NCBI RefSeq assembly: GCF_963921235.1
Contig: NC_086097.1
Coordinates: 40,674,001 to 40,738,000 of the forward strand
Reading direction: 5' to 3'
Length of the DNA stretch: 64,000 nt
From: Mobula hypostoma
Lineage: Eukaryota
The translations under genes and the position numbers were made by a program. Every line of letters begins with the position of its first letter. Within the stretch, counting starts at the first letter, position 1. A model generated the notes under the pieces. That model did not search any database. It worked only from the letters and a program-made list of their open reading frames with translations, and was not told the DNA's origin. Positions 25,860 to 39,605 of this stretch are shown piece after piece.

Positions 25860-26860
25860 TCCTGCTCCCAATAATGGTGCTAGTTTTAAATTCTGAGGTA
25901 GTGTTTCAAAGTTTCTAGTCAGGGATTTCAGTGTACCAAAGCTCCACAAAAAACAGTGCTGCTGAACTCTTAGACAAAATTACTTTTATGTCACTGACAG
26001 CAGAGTTAATAGTGGCATTCAACCGACCGGCGATTCTACAGACATCAGACCCAGTGACAGTGATCTGGTCTAGGTAGCTCAGTCAAGGAAATGTCAGGTG
26101 CAGGAGGTGTGAGAGGAGGCAGAAACGTGACAGGAGAACCAGGGGTGTAGCTAGGCTGAGTGCTAACCTGACCATGCTGGTGGTACCATCAATTTTCCTG
26201 GCAAATGCTCACTCACTAAGATTGAGAATGAACATACCGAAAGGGATAAGAAATTGCTGCATTCTGTTTTTCACTGAAACATGGCTAAACAACATGCCAG
26301 ACTCTGTGTTTCAACCTGATGGGATGACTCTGTTCCATGCAAATCCCCCTGTTGGGGAAAGTCCAAAGGAGGTGGAATTGTATGTACATTAACAAAGGTT
26401 GGCGCACAAACTCATCCGTAGTTCGGAGTCACTGTTCTGTGGCAATTGAACATCTTACAACTAAGTGCAGCCATATTCCTGCTCAGGGAGTTTACACTTG
26501 TGTTCATCACTGCTGTTTGCATTTCCCAGGTATAAATGCGAAGGATGCACTGGGACAGCGTTACAGTATCATCAGCTCTCTACAAAACAAGCATCCAGAC
26601 AGTCCCTTCATAACTGAGGAGAATTCAACCACAACATTTTACCCAAATTCCACCAACATGTCACGATGGCCACTGGAGGAACAAACAGACTGAACCATGT
26701 TTATACAAACAGATGCAGTACTTACAAAGCCATCTCAAGCCCTCATCTTGGTTGCTCTGACCACATCTTCATAGTGTTAATTCCAGTATACTGCTGAAAA
26801 TGGAGAAATCAGACATGAGGACCATCACTGTCTGGCCTAATGAGGCAATCTTGATGAGTG
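25860..26860 (+). mobile_element. Rex1/Babar LINE 5' part (endonuclease)
   Basis: PSIFLANAHSL...NCCILFFTETWL..PDS..QPDG (ORF 26174), YINKGW, and a PHLGCSDH motif near 26745. Confidence 0.75.
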
Positions 26861-27324
26861 TGTTCCCTTAACTTAACTTAACTCAACTCAGGACCATCTC
26901 ATCTCAGAATTCTCCTCCATTATTCAAGCTCCATGCCTGAGCATGTGGCGGTGCCTCCAGCCATTCCAGCAGTTCAGGAGTACCAAATCAATTTGGTGTT
27001 GCCTGGATTATGGTGGAGATTACAGGCTGATGGAATCTTACAATCCTTCCAAGGGTTGATCGATTTGCTCCTAAAGGCCAATTGACTTGTGCAAAACAAA
27101 TGTAATAAAAGAGAAAATTTGGGAATAGTCATGAGGTCAGGCTGTATGCATGGAGAGAAAGCCATAGTTGCTACTATTCTTTCATCGGTCCTTTCACCAG
27201 AACATACAAGTATAAAAGGTAGAAGCAGATGGAAGACCTTCGGCCTTAGTGCCTACTTTTCCATTATATTGTGACTGACCTTGCTAACCTTTTATTGCTG
27301 AGTTCACTTAATAACTAAAAATCA

Positions 27325-27500
27325 GGCCTCTGAAACAGGTCCTCATCCTGAAATATTAACTCTGTTTCCCTCTACACAGATTCTGCTTCAATCATGAGTA
27401 TTTTTGCTTATTTCAGGCTTCAAGTAACAAAATAAACTGCTCGATAACCTGTGAAAAGAGAAACAGAGTTAATGGCTCAGGTCAATGACCCTTTGTCATA
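27325..27500. repeat. Inverted Penelope pLTR remnants
   Basis: TTAACTCTGTTTCCCTC is mirrored by GAGAAACAGAGTTAA. Degenerate CTGA..GAAA motifs occur on both arms. Confidence 0.45.
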
Positions 27501-27860
27501 GTCATAGGGTCATGGAAAAGTACAGCACCGAAACAGGCTCTTTGCCCCATCTAGTCAAACCATTGAACCTGCCTACTCCCATCAACCAGCACCAGGACCA
27601 TATCCATCCTTACCTCTACCATTTATGTTCCTTTCCAAACGTCGCTTAAATGTTGAAGTTGAGCTGGCATGCAGCATTTGCAGTGGCAGTTCATACCACC
27701 CTCTCACAACCCTGAGTGAAGATGTTTCCCCTCATGTTCCGCTTAAATTTTTCATCTTTCACCCTTAACCCATGATCTCTAGTTGTAGTCCCACCCAACC
27801 TCAATGAAAAAAAGTCTGCTTGCATTATACCCCTCGTAATTTATATACCTCTATCAAATT
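27500..27860 (-). mobile_element. CR1 LINE 3' end fragment
   Basis: TACAGCACCGAAACAGGCTCTTTGCCCCATCTAGTC and TTCCCCTCATG...ATACCCCTCGTAATTT are homologous to 36060-36430. Confidence 0.7.
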
Positions 27861-29780
27861 TCAAATATCAAAACTAGGAAATGGAGTAAGTTTTAGGTTG
27901 CAGTGAATGGGTGGTTATTTGTATAAAGGGCATCACTCTGAAAGGGTGAGTTCAGAGCTACCCATTGATTTGGTATTTATTGTGTCATTTAGTTGCAACT
28001 TTAAGGCATGAGCTTACAATGGGGAAATAGAGACACGTAAAAGCTGTAAGTTCTCATAAATACTGTTGGTGAGATCCAAAAGCAAAGAGAGAATGTTGGA
28101 AACGTCCAGCAGATCAGACAGTGTTGATGAAAAAGAGAAACTTAAATTAATATGGATAACTTTACAGTAAAACCATCCATTTGTAATAGAAACAAAAAAA
28201 AAAGCAGCAAATGATCTGAAATGGTTGAATTAGAATTGAGGCTGCAATGTACCGCAATAGAAAAAGAGGTGTATAGGTAATGTTCTGTGTGCTGTTTTGA
28301 TTCGATGTACCTGTGATGCCACTGCAGGTGAGTGTTTCATTATAGTTGTAGCTCGCTGCACTTGTGTACATGACAATAAAGAGCCTGAGTTTTGGAAGCA
28401 GTGCAGGGGGCCAGCACTGGGTTGGAGAGTTAAAGTGGCAGTCGGCAGTATTTTTAGTTAAATAGCAATCTTGTTTTTGAAATGTTTTATCCACAAAAAA
28501 ACACTACAAAACATTGGAAACCTGAAATGAAAGTAGAAAATGTCAGAAGCACTCTGCAGACCGGGGAAGTCACTGAGGGCTTTTCATCTGATATGTCAGA
28601 ATTTATCTGCATTTGCTGCTTGACAATGTGTATTGTTCCCATACTCTCTGTTCCTATTTCATGTACATATTGTGACGGTTCTCGACAAGTCGACTACCCA
28701 CCTCTGTCCCATTGCAAATTCCAGGACTCCTGTTCTGAGATTGAGAAACTTAACTGAACCTCACTGACTGTCGAGCTTTTCATCCAAGCCTGCCCTACAA
28801 CCTCTAGGCTGAGCCTTGTTTTGACCTCCTACCACATTTTCAGCTCAACTCTGCCCCCACAGCCCATCTGCCATCAACCTCCGTTGCCCCTTACCACCCA
28901 GAATCTTCAGACTTTCCTGATTTCCCACTTTTTCCCATTGGCTCAGTCTACACTTCCGGTTGCCTTGGGGAAAGCAGACGACATATTCAGACACCTGCCC
29001 AACCTTGATTATTCTCCTCCATCCCCTCTGGCATCGTGCCAAGATATAAAAGCCTGAAATCATGGACCACCAGAGACAAGGGCAGCTTCTGTGCCACTGT
29101 TATCAAGCTCTTGAATGGCCTTCTTCTTGATCTCCAAATTTACCTTGTGTCCCTTGCTTTTTATTTGTCTGTCTGCATTGCACTTTCTCTGTTACGTATT
29201 TGCTACCTTGATGTACTTACATTTTGAAATGATCTGACTGAATGTCTTGCAAAGCAAAAGCTTCTCACTGTATGTTGGTACTGGTGCCAGAGCCAGAGAG
29301 CATGAACAAAAGATCTTTCGGCAGTTAACTGCCGTTGTGTACTGCAGAAACCTCGAGTCTGCTGCTGCAGAATTTTACAGTGTTGGCCCTCTGTTCCACA
29401 CCACCTTTGGCATTCCTTTATGTGTATCATTGAAAAGCAGAGCACGACTGTAAGCTCTACAGTATGGACTGAGAACACGAGCCCTCGTGGTGATGAGCCA
29501 CTTTGTTGCAGGTACCGTCCTTGCTAGTTGAAACCTTGCCTGAGTGTTGTGGCAATCCAATGTAACATCTGATCAAAGTGAAACCGTAAACATTTCCAGT
29601 GTCTTTGCCAACAGTTCTCACTTCATTATGTGGAGCACTAATTATTGCTCTGCATGAGAGAAATTCCATGCTTGTATTTCTTTCTTGATATAATTAGGCC
29701 TCATAAGAAACTGTATATGCTGCTGCTGTTCCCTGCCAATCACTACAAATATGCAGTCATAGTTTATGTTTCCTCTGGAC

Positions 29781-29846
29781 CAGGGGTCCCCAGACCCCTC
29801 AGTTAATGGTAAGGCTCACTGGCGTAACAAAGTTTGTGAAACCCTG
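29781..29846. mobile_element. Tiny hAT/Charlie-like MITE
   Basis: Termini CAGGGGTCCC and GAAACCCTG form imperfect TIRs. The 8-bp flanks CTCTGGAC and CTGTAGGC match at 5/8 and resemble the NTCTAGAN target. Confidence 0.45.
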
Positions 29847-30780
29847 CTGTAGGCCTTCTCTTTCTTTGATTTCCCAGTGTCCATAGATAATCTGATACTT
29901 CAAATGCTGGATTGACATTAAAATTTTTTAAGGCTTCCAACGTTTGTTTCTTATTTGTACTGCAATTTTTCACTCTTGTTCTCCCCAATATTCTTTAACT
30001 CTGTGTTTCCTCCAATGCATAACTATTTCCTTCTATTCATATTGCTTCAATATCCTTCACACTTATGTACACACACAACTGCACCGAAACCTTATGCCTG
30101 AAGATCCTTCATTCGTTACTGCTAAAATTTCCATTTTGTTAGAAAAGATAAGAATAACTGCACTCTGGAAGTTTAAAATGATCAATGTTATACAATACTT
30201 TCCAAAATAATTATTGTACAATAAAGATTTCATGCATGGAGAGGTTTTTAATTCCACAGATATAGCATCAGGAATGGAAATACGTCTGGATGATAGAGCA
30301 AATGGAAATCCAGGCACTGTGCCAGACATTCACTGTCTCACTCACTGTCTTTTCTTATTACAGACATCAAAGGTGTATATAACTGACCACAGATGAACCT
30401 GTTACTTCATTAGTTTCACTGAAGTTGCAGTCTCTTTTGGCATTTTAATCTTGTGATTTTCAGGCAGTCGTAGAGGAAGGAAACTCTACATTGCCCTTTT
30501 ATTTGTGGAGAATCAGAACTTCTTCAATACCCACGTGCAGGGGGCGCACCCAAACGTTGCATTTCCCTCCATGACCACCAATCCTTGAAGGGATTAATAC
30601 TATCTTCCAAAAGAAGTATACACGGATCTTGAGTTGAATCATGGGGGTTTGAACTTGGTTTCTTTATTTCTGATGGTGGATTAAATAAATAACTTCTCTA
30701 CAAGGGAGTACAGCCATTGAGTATTGTTCTTTCACAAAGCTGCAACAACTCATGGCAATGGGAACTGGGGTTGTTATCTT

Positions 30781-31310
30781 CAAAGTTCAAAGTAAATTTT
30801 ATTATCAAAGTACTTATTTATCACCATATACAACCCTGTGGGATTCATTTTCCTGTGGGCTTACTCAGTAAATCTATAGAATAGTAACTATAGCAGGATC
30901 AATGAAAGATCAAACAGAGTGCAGAAGACAACAAACTGTGCAAATCCAAATATAAATAAATAGTAATAAATAATGAGAACAAGAGATAAAGAGTCCTTGA
31001 AGTGAGACCATTGGTCGTGGGACTACCTCAAAGGATGGGCAAGTGATTGTAGTTATCCCCTTTTGTTCAAGTGCCTGATGGTTAAGGGGTAGTAACTGTT
31101 CTTGAATCTGGTGGTGCGAGTCCTGAGGCTCTTCTACCTTCTACCTGATGGCAGCAATGAGAAAAGAGCATGGCCTGGGTGGTGGAGATCTCTGATGATG
31201 GATGCTGCTTTCCTATGACAGTGTTTCATGTAGCTGTGTTCAATAGTTAGGAAGGCTTGACCCGTGATGTACTGGACTGAATCTAGTATATTCTGTAGGA
31301 TTTTCCATTC
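30781..31310 (-). mobile_element. Rex1/Babar-type LINE 3' end
   Basis: ORF 31134..31331 reads LQNILDSVQYITG...KAASIIRDLHHPGHALFSLLPSGRR. Same tail as the copy at 1255. Confidence 0.8.
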
Positions 31311-32196
31311 TATATGGTATACATTGAACAATCAGGATAAATTCTTGTAAGTGAATTCTGTGCTATTTCACCTCCTTTTATCATCTCACTTTATTTCTCT
31401 TTTATTTTCAGTCTGTGTCTCACAACATGCAACTTTCTACCCACTCATAAATTTTCAGTTCACCTCGTGTTTGGTTGCATGGTAAATGTTTAGGTTCTTC
31501 CTCTCAGATATTCTGAAATTATATCTGGTTGCAAAGTTTTCAATTGAACAGTCCTGTTCCAGAAATGTTTTAGTTAAGTAAGTGTTTGATAGAAAGCCTG
31601 CGAGTGACTGTTTCTGCGAAATGTTGAATTCTATTAGGGAAGAGCTGTTCATTACTGTGACAGCTGGTGCAATGACCTCCCAGTGATTGGCAGATGTTCC
31701 CATTCATTATGAAGCCTGGACTTTGACAGAAACAGGAAAGTGAGGCAGTCTCACTGCAAATTGCAGTTCAGCTGAGCCCTTGTTACATCTTTATTACTTT
31801 CATTCATCGGCATTGTAATGTGTATAAAGCATGGCGTATGCAAGTGCGGAATGAATCTGTTGTAGAAATGACATCAACATGGCATATAGCTGTAAATGTT
31901 GTGATTTTTTGCTAAAATAAAACCCTGGAGAAGGAAGGAGAGTAGCAGAAGAGAGGATAAATCTATCAGCAAAAAATTACGTGGCCGTGGGCTCTTCTCT
32001 AGAAATCAGAAACCCAGCAGATGACTTGAACAATACATTGGAATACGCTCACCTGTAACTGGTGGCTGGGTAGAGAACCACTAACTGTGTTCTCCTCACT
32101 TGTTAGCCTATCTCTGACTTCTGCATCATGTTTTGTTGTGTAGAAGATGGTGATGAGCTGGAGGTCAGATCAGTCAAACAGGCTTCCTTCCGAGGA

Positions 32197-32290
32197 GCAC
32201 ACACAAAATGCTGGTGGAGCTCAGCAGGCCAGGCAGCATCTATGGAAAAGAGTACAGTTGCGTTTCGGGCCGAAACCCTTCGGCAGGACA
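32197..32290 (-). mobile_element. Penelope pLTR fragment
   Basis: ACACACAAAATGCTGGTGGAGCTCAGCAGGCCAGGCAGCATCT...CGTTTCGGGCCGAAACCCTTCGGCAGGAC. Confidence 0.7.
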
Positions 32291-34478
32291 TTTCAGTACT
32301 GGATTTGCCATTGAGTCCAGGTTGGAAAGCTAACATAGTAAGCTGAGGAGCCAAATGCGTTTCGTGCTTACCCCCGCCCACCTCCATATGAACACGCAAG
32401 CTTTACTCCAGCTGGATTATGTACTACAACTCCATTCATTTGAAGGGGGTTACTAACTTGATGAAAAGGCCAATGAGGACTAATGATTCTTTTATTTTTC
32501 ATTAATTTAAAGCATAAAGTAAAATAATTTCTGGTAGTTTGAGATTGTTAGCTTTAGATAAGCATGTCAGAAGAATTTTTGTATCCCTGATTATCCAAGT
32601 CAGCAGTGAGCTATCAAAAGGCTGTCAGGTTGTGGAGTTTGAGAGATTCTTTCTTGCTGAAGCCGATGTGCCACCTGTGGCCTGCTTCATTCATCGGACA
32701 GACATGATGTGAGATCAACTGATACTGCAAAACCCCTGAAGATTATGAAGTCCCAGGAAAAGTACAGTTTGTGGAAAGGTTGAGGTAGATGCAAATACGA
32801 GTTATCCTTCAAGAGAAAGCTTAATAGGGGAAGTTTAAGAGAAAACTTCCTTAAATATGAGTTAATTACAACTTAGCCCAGTGAGGATTGAAGAGAAAAC
32901 AATACAAAAGCTATTACATTTATTAGAGTAAGGCAAGAGACAAGAGGCATGGTGCATTTAAGCAGAATGTAGAAAAGAAGCAGAAAATAATACCAAACAT
33001 TCTGTAAAGGTTAGGTGAGGCCCATAGGATACTAGTTGTGACTAATAACCAATTTTTGTCGAATGAATGTTGACTTGTGACATTTACCTTTGAGATATAG
33101 TAATTATTAAGACTTATGTTTCCTTGTCTCAAACTACAGTGACATGCCAGCTGATTCATGCAATCATGAAGCTTGAGCTTTAGCTCCACATCATTGCAAA
33201 ATAAAGCTTCATAACATTACCAGATTTCTTCAAAGAAATAATATTGCATTGTTATGAAGGCAATTGTTACTCCTTTTAAGTCAGTACCTTTGAAATTTGC
33301 TCCACTTTCCCTCTTAATATTTTAGGAGCTCCAATTATTTTCCTGTACTTCACATATTAAGATGAACACATATTAGTTTTAAGTGCATATAACTTGGCAT
33401 AAACTGCTAAAATACATCCTACACGCCTTCACTCTGATCTTTTAATTGACAGATATTAGTGAGCAGATGAAATATGTAAATAAAAATTGCTGGGAGATGG
33501 TTTTGATAAATTAATATGTCTCAGTTGTTCAAAGGAAAATGTGCCATAGTGGTCTTCGAACATAAACCAGATTCACTCATTTTGCTGCTGAGCTTTAAGT
33601 TTCCCCTTCCAGTGAGGAAAATAGTAGATTGTTCTGATCTGTAATTATTTTTAATTTTATAATATTTAAGTAACTCAATTAGAACAGTAGCTGGTTTCAA
33701 AATAATATTAACATTTCACAGTTATCACAGTGCTCCGTGCTCCATGCTCCATGGCCGCTAATATGATGAACTGATACCGAGGCTTTGGGCCTACTCCAGG
33801 CTTCTCTGGGGGTTCACGATGTAAGGACTCATTTTGGTTCAGAATGTTGTTGCTCGTTTCTATTGTTTGCATGATTTATGTTCTTTTTCCCCATTCTGTG
33901 CACATCAGGTGTTGGTCTTTATTTTATTTTTCTTTTTATTGGGTTCTTTCCGGTTGCTTGCTTTTTGGCTGACTGTAAGCAAACAAATTTCAAAGTTGTA
34001 TAATTTATACATTCCTCGATAATAAATGTGCTTTGAAATGTTTGAACCTTTATCAGAATGAAACCCAGTCCTAAATTATTATGATAGGCAAAATATGTTC
34101 CCCTTAATTGAAAAGACTGAATTTCCTGAGATTTTAGAATGATGAAACTTTTTAATAAAGAAGCTTGCTTTCTTTTCAGAGAGAATACAGGACATGAGGG
34201 GACATTGCCAGGTGTGAAGTAGGAAGTACTGTCTATCTATTTCGCATCTTGTATTTGTAGTCACTGAAATAAAACCTCTTTGTACCAGCTGCTGAGGTAT
34301 AACGTGATGTGAATTTGTCTATTTGAATAAGTCATCACCTTTGGCGCTTCCCTCAAATAAGAATAAGGATAGCTAGTGAGAAAACAGCAGTGGTTCGGTG
34401 CAATACATTGAAACAGAATGTTGGTAGGAAGTGGAAGGGGTTTCATAATTTATCTGTGGTCCTAATATCCTTTTTAAG

Positions 34479-34629
34479 ATTTGCTGAACCGTGTCAGCCA
34501 AGAGTATGTTATGGTTACAGACTGACATCTGCCTATGATTGGACATTTCAATCATTTTTCGGTTGTGGTGGGTTTGACAGCTATGTCTCAGCAAGAGCCA
34601 TGGGGTAGTGATCCGGAATATGAGCAAAG
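34479..34629 (+). other. Candidate host exon with possible start codon (MSQQEPWGSDPEYEQ...)
   Basis: Branch-like CCTAAT, acceptor CCTTTTTAAG and a consensus donor AAG|GTGAGT. ATG at 34583 has G at -3 and is open to the donor in phase 2. Lies in non-repeat sequence. Confidence 0.45.
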
Positions 34630-37600
34630 GTGAGTTTTTAAAAAAACTGTGTCAAGACTAGCCAACCGTTCAGCCAATCATTGATTTCATGTAGAAGAAA
34701 GAAAACAAAGAGTCTTTGTGCAGTTTAAGAAAAATACTTTCCAACAATTTGTGCAGCAGTGGCAAAGGGATTGGGCTATTTTGCTGGATTACAACCATCT
34801 TGCCTTCATGTTTATTTCTACAGTAACCCCTATAAAAATTCAGATTTTAAAATAACACCACTATTACAACATAACACAATGCTCAATCAATCATGAAGAC
34901 CCATGATAAATGCTTTTAGGAGCAAGTCTTTTTCTTCAGAGCAATTAGATTTCTGAATGGTTCGTGAACCTTGTTACTCTTTTTTTGTAAATTATAGTAT
35001 TTTTTATGTTTTACATTGTATTGCTGCAACAAAACAAATTTTGCAACATATGTTAGTGATAATAAATCTGATTCTATTATACCAGAAAGCCAACTCTGCT
35101 TCCACACACATCTTTCCACACTGCTAACTGTGTTTCATCAGATTTCTGAATGGCCCATGAACACTACCTAGTTATTCCTTTTGTTTTTCAATCTTGATTT
35201 ATTTTTGTAACTTACAGTAAATTTCTCTTTGTATTGTACTGCTGCTGTGATAATAAATTTGATTCTGGGTTAAAGCCGGAAGTCATTGTCCAGATGTCAG
35301 TAAAGATTCCACAACCCTACTCCCACCCTCCAGCTTACAAACGCTAATGTTTGTATTCTCCGTGTATATAAATGAGCCTTTGCGACACTGCTAGCACTTG
35401 CTGCTGTGGATTCCTTGACTACAGCTGGGCTGCAAACAACTTCTATTGCCAGCTAGTGATCCCATTTCTGACTTGTGAACTGTTTGGGTTATGAACGGTT
35501 GACAGGAAAGCAACTCTGACATAACCTTGGGAGGACCTGTAGTTTACATTACAAAGGAGATCTGTGTAGGGAAATGTGGGACCCTTTTGTTTCCTTTCAG
35601 AAGACCATAGTTATCTTACTTTCTTTGCTTCATTTATTTATTTGAGATGTGGAGACATATGACTTTGTGTTGGGCAGAGAGAGAGAGAGAGACATTTATC
35701 AGCTTGTTGACATTTGTAGGGACAGAGTCCAGCAAAGGCTTAAGTTTGCTTTTATAGGTTTCATTCAATTTTTGGAATTGGGTTGTTGCTGGCTTTAGTC
35801 TAATCCGTAATTGCCCTTGAGAAGGTGATTTTAAGCCACTGTGAACTGATGAATTGGTTCCAGTGAAGGTATTACACGGCTGTTGGAAGAGAGTACTGGG
35901 AGTTAGGCCCAGTAACAACATGGGGCTGTCAGAATGGAGTGCAATTTGAAGGAAAGTCTGCCGGTGATGCTTCCAAAAGATATGCTGCCCTAGTGCACCT
36001 TGGTTGCAGGTTTGAAAGTTGAGGTTGGATTAGTCTGGGCAACTAAATAACCATATAACAATTACAGCACAGAAACAGGCCATCTCGGCCCTTCTAGTCC
36101 GTGCCGAAAGCTTAATCTCACCTAGTCCCACCAACCTGCACTCAGCCCATAACCCTGCATTCCTTTCCTGTCCATATATCTATCCAATTTTACTTTAAAT
36201 GACAATATCGAACCTGCCTCTACCACTTGTACTGAAACCTCGTTTCACACAGCTACCACTCTCTAGTACAGCTACCACTCTCTAAAGAAGTTCCCCCTCG
36301 TGTTACCCCTAAACTTTTGCCCCTTAACTCTCAACTCATGTCCTCTTGTTTGAATCTCCCCTACTCTCAATGGAAAAAGCCTATCCACATCAACTCTATC
36401 TATCCCCCTCATAATTTTAAGTACCTCTATCAAGTCCCCCCTCAACCTTCTGTGCTCCAAAGAATAAAGACCCAACTTATTCAACCTTCCTCTGTAACTT
36501 AGGTGCTGAAACCCAGGCAACATTCTGGTAAATCTTCTCTGTACTCTCTCTATTTTGTTGACATCCTTCCTATAATTTGGTGACCAGAACTGTACACAAT
36601 ACTCCAAATTTGGCCTCACCAATGCCTTGTACAATTTCAACATTACATCCCAACTCCTATACTCAATGCTTTGATTTATGAAGGCCAGCATACCAAAAGC
36701 TTTCTTCACCACCCTATCCACGTGAGATTCAATCTTCAGGGAACTATGCACCATTATTCCTAGGTCACTCTGTTCTACTGCATTCCTCAATACCCTACCA
36801 TTTACCATGTATGTTCTATTTTGATTAGTCCTACCAAAATGTTGCGCCTCACACTTATCAGCATTAAACTCCATCTGCCATCTTTCAGCCCACTCTTCTA
36901 ACTGGCCTAAATCTCTCTGCAAGCTTTGAAAGCCTACTTCATTATCCACAACTCCACCTATCTTAGTATCATCTGCATACCTACTAATCCAATTTGCCAC
37001 CCCATCATCCAGATCATTAATGTATATGACAAACAACGTTGGACCCAGTACAGATCCCTGAGGCACACCACTAGTTACCGTCCTCCAACCTGACAAACAG
37101 TTATCTACCACTACTCTCTGGCGTCTCCCATGCAGCCACTGTTGAATCCACTTTACTACTTCAATATTAATAACTAAGGAATGAACCTTCCTAACTAACC
37201 TTCCATGTGGAACCTTGTCAAAAGCCTTACTGAAGTCCACATAGCAACATCCACCGCTTTACCCTTGTCAACTTTCCTAGTAACTTCTTCAAACAATTCA
37301 ATAAGATTTGTCAAACATGACCTTCCACGCACAAATCCATGGTTTTAGATTTTTGGATCATTGGGATCTCTTCTGGGGAAGGTGGGACCTGTACAGATTA
37401 GATGGGTTGCACTTGAACATGAGGGGGAGCAATATCCTTGCAGGTAGGTTTGCTAGCATGGTTCGGGAGGGTTTAAACTAATTTGCAAGGGGGATGGAAC
37501 CCAGAGCGATAGAGCAGTGAAAGAAGTGCATGGAGTAAAGCCAGATCTAACATACAGAGAGGCTTTGAGGAAAGAGAAGCAGAATAAACGGTGTAAAGAC

Positions 37601-37808
37601 AGTAAGGTAGAAGGGCTGAAGTGTGTGTACCTCAATGCAAGAAGCATCAGGAACAAAGGTGATGAACTGAGAGCTTGGATACATACATGGAATTATGATG
37701 TAGTGGCCATTCCAGAGACTTGGCTGGCACCAGGGCAGGAATGGATTCTCAATTCCTGGATTTCAGTGCTTTAAAAGGGATAGAGAGGGCGGAAAAAGGG
37801 AAGAAGGG

Positions 37809-39605
37809 GTGACATTACTGGTCAGGGATACTATTACAGCTACAGAAAGGGTGGGTAATGTAGCAGGATCCTCTTTTAAGTCAATATGGGTGGAAGTCAG
37901 GAACAGGAAGAGAGCAGTTACTCTATTGGGGGTATTCTATAGGCCTCCTGGTAACAGCAGAGATACAGAGGAGCAGATTGGGAGGCAGATTTTGGACAGG
38001 TGCAAAAATAACAGGGTTGTTATCATGGGTGACTTTAACTTCCCTAATATTGATTGGCACCTGATTAGTTCCAAGGGTTTAGATGGGGCAGAGTTTGTTA
38101 AGTGTGTCCAGGACGGATTCCTGTCACAGTATGTGGACAGGCTGACTAGGCGGAATGCCATACTAGATCTAGTACTAGGTAATGAACCGGGTCAGGTCAC
38201 AGATCTCTCAGTGGGTGAGCATCTGGGGGATAGTGACCACCGCTCCCTGGCCTTTAACATTATCATGGAAAAGGATAGAATCAGAGAGGACAGGAAACTT
38301 TTTAATTGGGGAAAGGCAAATCATGAGGCTATAAGGCTAGAACTTGTGGGTGTGAATTGGGATGATGTTTTTGCAGGGAAATGTACTATGGACATGTGGT
38401 CGATGTTTAGAGATCTCTTGCGGGATGTTAGGGATAAATTTGTCCTGAGAAGGAAGATAAAGAATGGTAGGGTGAAGGAACCATGGGTGACAAGTGAGGT
38501 GGAAAATCTAGTCAGGTGGAAGAAGGCAGCATACATGAGGTTTAGGAACCAAGAATCAGTTGGGTCTATTGAGGAATATAGGGAAGCAAGAAAGGAGCTT
38601 AAGAAGGGGCTGAGAAGAGCAAGAAGGGGGCAAGAGAAGGCCTTGGCGAGTAGGGTAAAGGAAAACCCTAAGGCATTCTTCAATTATGTGAAGAACAAAA
38701 GGATGGCCGGAGTGAAGGTAGGACCGATTAGATATAAAGGTGGGAAGATGTGCCTGGAGGCTGTGGAAGTGAGAGAGGTCCTCAATGAATACTTCTCTTT
38801 GGTATTCACCAATGAGAGGGAACTTGATGATGGTGAGGACAATATGAGTGAGGTAGATGTTCTGGAGCATGTTGATATTAAGGGAGAGGAGGTGTTGGAG
38901 TTATTAAAATATATTAGGATGGATAAGTGCCCAGGGCCTAAGGGGATATTCCCCAGGCTGCTCCATGAGGCGAGGGAAGAGATTGCTGAGCCTCTGGCTA
39001 GGATCCTTATGTCCTCGTTGTCCATGGGAATGGTACCGGAGGATTGGAAGGAGGCGAATGTTGTCCCCTTGTTCAAAAAAGGTAGTAGGTATAGTCCGGG
39101 TAATTATAGAGCAGTGAGCCTTACGTCTGTGGTGGGAAAGCTATTGGAAAGGATTCTTAGAGATAGAATCTATGGGCACTTAGAGAATCATGGTCTGATC
39201 AGGGACATTCAGCATGGCTTTGTGAAGGGCAGCTCATGTCTAACAAGCCTGATAGATTTCTTTGAGGTGGTGACCAGGCATATAGATGAGGGTAGTGCAG
39301 TGGATGTGATCTATATGGATTTTAGTAAGGCATTTGACAAGGTTCCACATGGTAGGCTTATTCTGAAAGTCAGAAGGCATGGGATCCAGGGAAGTTTGGC
39401 CAGGTGGACTCAGAATTGGCTTGCTTGCAGAAGGCAGAGGGTCATGGTGGAGGGAGTACATTCAGATTGGAGGATTGTAACTAGTGGTGTCCCACAAGGA
39501 TCTGTTCTGGGACCTCTACTCTTCGTGATTTTTATTAATGACCTGGATGTGGGGGTAGAAGGGTGGGTTGGCAAGTTTGCAGAGATTGCAGAGGGACATT
39601 GGTAG
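37809..39605 (+). pseudogene. CR1 ORF2 (APE endonuclease + reverse transcriptase), non-functional
   Basis: Motifs YRPP, GDFN, LDLV, SDH, QHGF, DFSKAFD and [10 protein letters not shown] are present. There is an upstream frameshift near 37765. The FADD catalytic motif is cut by a deletion near 39582 ([10 protein letters not shown]). Confidence 0.88.

Noticed and set aside
29441..29510. Possible small exon ending CAG|GTACCG
   Set aside because: The acceptor lacks an adjacent polypyrimidine tract and the peptide is unrecognised.
30464..30588. Good acceptor (TTTTCAG|G) followed by a short open frame
   Set aside because: No convincing donor or recognisable product; compatible with chance.
37809..39605. 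598-aa ORF as an active RT or a retron/DGR-like system
   Set aside because: It is an ordinary CR1 ORF2 with an upstream frameshift, a deleted FADD motif and a nested insertion downstream.
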